Positions 61,878 to 64,000 of a stretch of 64,000 bases of DNA are shown piece by piece. The DNA lies in contig RBZT01000672.1 in NCBI GenBank assembly GCA_003693705.1, forward strand, positions 178,838-242,837, in the 5' to 3' direction. The stretch is from Polymyxa betae A26-41 (lineage: Eukaryota > Protista > Endomyxa: Phytomyxea). Numbering within the stretch: position 1 is the first letter of the stretch; every line of letters begins with the position of its first letter. The position numbers were made by a program, and so were the translations under genes. The notes below the pieces were generated by a model. The model was not told where the DNA came from. It saw only the letters and a program-made list of their open reading frames with translations, and did not search any database.

Positions 61878-63600
61878 TTACAGTGGAATATCGTCGTCCT
61901 GATCGGCATTATCAACCATAACATCGTCGTCGCCTTTCAATCTCTTCGCTATAGGACTAGATGAACCAGACTCTGGTAATGGTATATCCATATCTGGCAA
62001 TGGCGTCACTTTGATGGCCGACAGTATAAACCCGCTGGCAGCATGCATGTTCATCATTGGGTGTGTGCGGTTTGATAGAACTTGGTATTCGCGATACCAA
62101 TTCTCAGATACCTTCGTTGCACCAAACATCAGTACTATGCTGAGCACTGCTAACAGCAGACCTGAACCATGACCGCTCGCTTCGATTGACGTAGTCTGAG
62201 AGCATAATGCTGCAGTGGCTCCAGATACTGGCTATAAACAACCAACGAGCCTCCACTATTCAAAAAAGGGAGGCACTTCTCACTACAATTCTGATCAATA
62301 TCGCTAACGATAACGGAACGACTTGCCATACACAGTTGATTCGACATCGAATCTGGTACAGATTACGAGAGAATCACAGCCTTCTTGCAACCACGACTCG
62401 ACACGATCGGAAGGATGTCTGATTGATGTCAGTTAGAACTATAAACCTACCATACTGAAACGTCACCTCAATCGTCCTTTCTCACTATAATCTTCTGGTT
62501 TTGGCTCAAACGTCAATACCACTGGCTCATAAACAACATTATCTTCATCGGGTGTCGAAACTTTCGCCTGCATGATGTCCGATTTCCGATGCAGAATCTC
62601 GATCGGAAACTGAATCACAGATTCCGATATGAAAGAATCCTAGTGATGAAATTCAGAGCGGCATTTACAACGAATGAATGCAGTACGAGTCCAAAAGCAA
62701 GCAAACTATCATAGCTGGTTCCTGGGACATCGAATATGGGAGATAATATTCTGGCATAGCCACCAAGACGTTCAGCAATGGAAGCTGTAACCAGTCCCAT
62801 ACATTCATCCAACACTAGGACTTGAGACATTGGACGTAATGAGGCCTTGCTTAAGATCATGGCGAGCGTATCAGGGCGCATACCGAGCACCTTATCTGAT
62901 TTCTTACCGGTATACATCCTGGTCATTTGGGGTCAGCTAATGATTATCTGCAGTTAAGTAATGGCAGGGCGGACCGGGACATAGACAGAGCAGACGGTTT
63001 CAGAATACGAATCTCGATAATGTGATGCTTGCGCTTCTTCTTCAAATACTTCTCCTGGCTGTATTCCGTTTTCGTCGTGAAGGTCGTACTAGCCAACGAT
63101 TTGAGAAACGCACACGAGTTCGAAAAAGCTGCCATTGTTCACCTGTTGGCAGCAAGCAACGAAATCAGTTCGTCACCAGAAACGGTTTTCTTGAGCTCCT
63201 CGATTTCCGCCTGAAACCAATAGGGTGTGGGCATGAGCGAAGGTGGATGGGATCAGGCTTATACCTGTGTAAGCTTCTGGGCGCTGTTCTTGGCGAACAG
63301 ATTGCTGTTGTCGTTGGACGGGACGTGATTCGAATCGAGTTCGGTTCGTTCATCGGCGAGAGAGTATTCGACCTCGACCAGGCTGCCATTGATTAGACGG
63401 AAGACAGTGCCATATGGTCGGCCTGGGCATTGTTAAGATGCCGATGGGCGAAGGACAACCAGTCTACCAATGATAGGATCAATAGGAACGTAGACTTTAT
63501 TCAGTCGGAGATTCGAATTCGGATGGGCATGGACCATCGAATACGACCCGTCCAGAAAGGCGATTAATATTCGATCATGAGGTTTGACGAGTGGGATCAT
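61878..63600 (-). CDS. TRM6: tRNA (adenine58-N1)-methyltransferase non-catalytic subunit
   Basis: DNNSNL...AQKLTQ.EIEELK, F.TKTEYSQEKYLKKK.K, GMRPDTLA.ILS.A.L, VLVLDECMGLVTASIAERLGG, LVVYSQYLEPL and SENWYREYQVL.NRTHPMMNM..ASGFIL. Confidence 0.9.
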
Positions 63601-63920
63601 GCTGGTAATACAGTTGAGACAATGACCGTCCGAATTCTCAGCTGATGATTACACTAGCGTTTTATTCGCTGTCCGGCTATTCAAACCAGGCAGTCAAATC
63701 CAACCGAATCAGGAGGCGGATTCAAAAAAGTTCCGCAATCTTGGCCAAAATAGTGAGCAGCGAGGCCACGGACTCCGCAATATTTTCGATTTTAGGATCG
63801 CGGTTACAATCTGTATACCGAACTGCGCACCTGAACATATGGACGACGTAACCCGCGATTAAGATGAAGAATCAGCGGTTCGTTCAGTGCAGAATTTTGG
63901 ATTGGTACCGTAGGCTCTCA

Positions 63921-63957
63921 TATAATTAATTCTCTTATAATTAATTCTCTCTTATAA
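63921..63957. repeat. Short imperfect AT-rich tandem repeat (TATAATTAATTCTCT x2)
   Basis: tataattaattctct tataattaattctctct tataa. Confidence 0.6.
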
Positions 63958-64000
63958 CTGATAGAGATCCGGTCCACCGACATCGGTAGTATGACTTATA

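Noticed and set aside
1-64000. Prokaryotic features (operons, CRISPR arrays, IS elements), rRNA/tRNA genes, transposons, telomeric repeats, alternative genetic code
   Set aside because: None were seen. In-frame stops in conserved genes are all explained by short spliceosomal introns under the standard code.

Overview
Gene-dense eukaryotic nuclear DNA of moderate GC with many short (~45-60 nt) spliceosomal introns and very short intergenic spacers. It is not bacterial, and the six-frame ORFs are mostly exon fragments or antisense shadows. The architecture, flagellar gene content and effector-like secreted proteins fit a zoosporic protist, most plausibly a phytomyxean/plasmodiophorid (Spongospora/Polymyxa-like); this is inference only. 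About 27-28 multi-exon genes can be reconstructed. Housekeeping genes include CCT8, eIF4A-III, NDC80, a Src1/Man1-like protein, TIM22, NOSIP, a gamma-CA-like protein, PHGDH and TRM6. Flagellar genes include Tubby, CFAP77, RIB43A, a dynein light chain, a FAM166-like MIP, a TTLL and DNAI4/WDR78. There is also a myosin with a long helical-repeat tail and several secreted orphans. The standout is a ~4.7 kb gene whose spliced C-terminal third resembles CatSper-beta, the auxiliary subunit of the animal sperm Ca2+ channel. It lies near a two-repeat cyclic-nucleotide-binding channel with non-canonical pores, suggesting a sperm-like Ca2+/cNMP flagellar signalling system in zoospores. All family assignments are from recalled motifs, not database searches, and gene ends are manual splice reconstructions.
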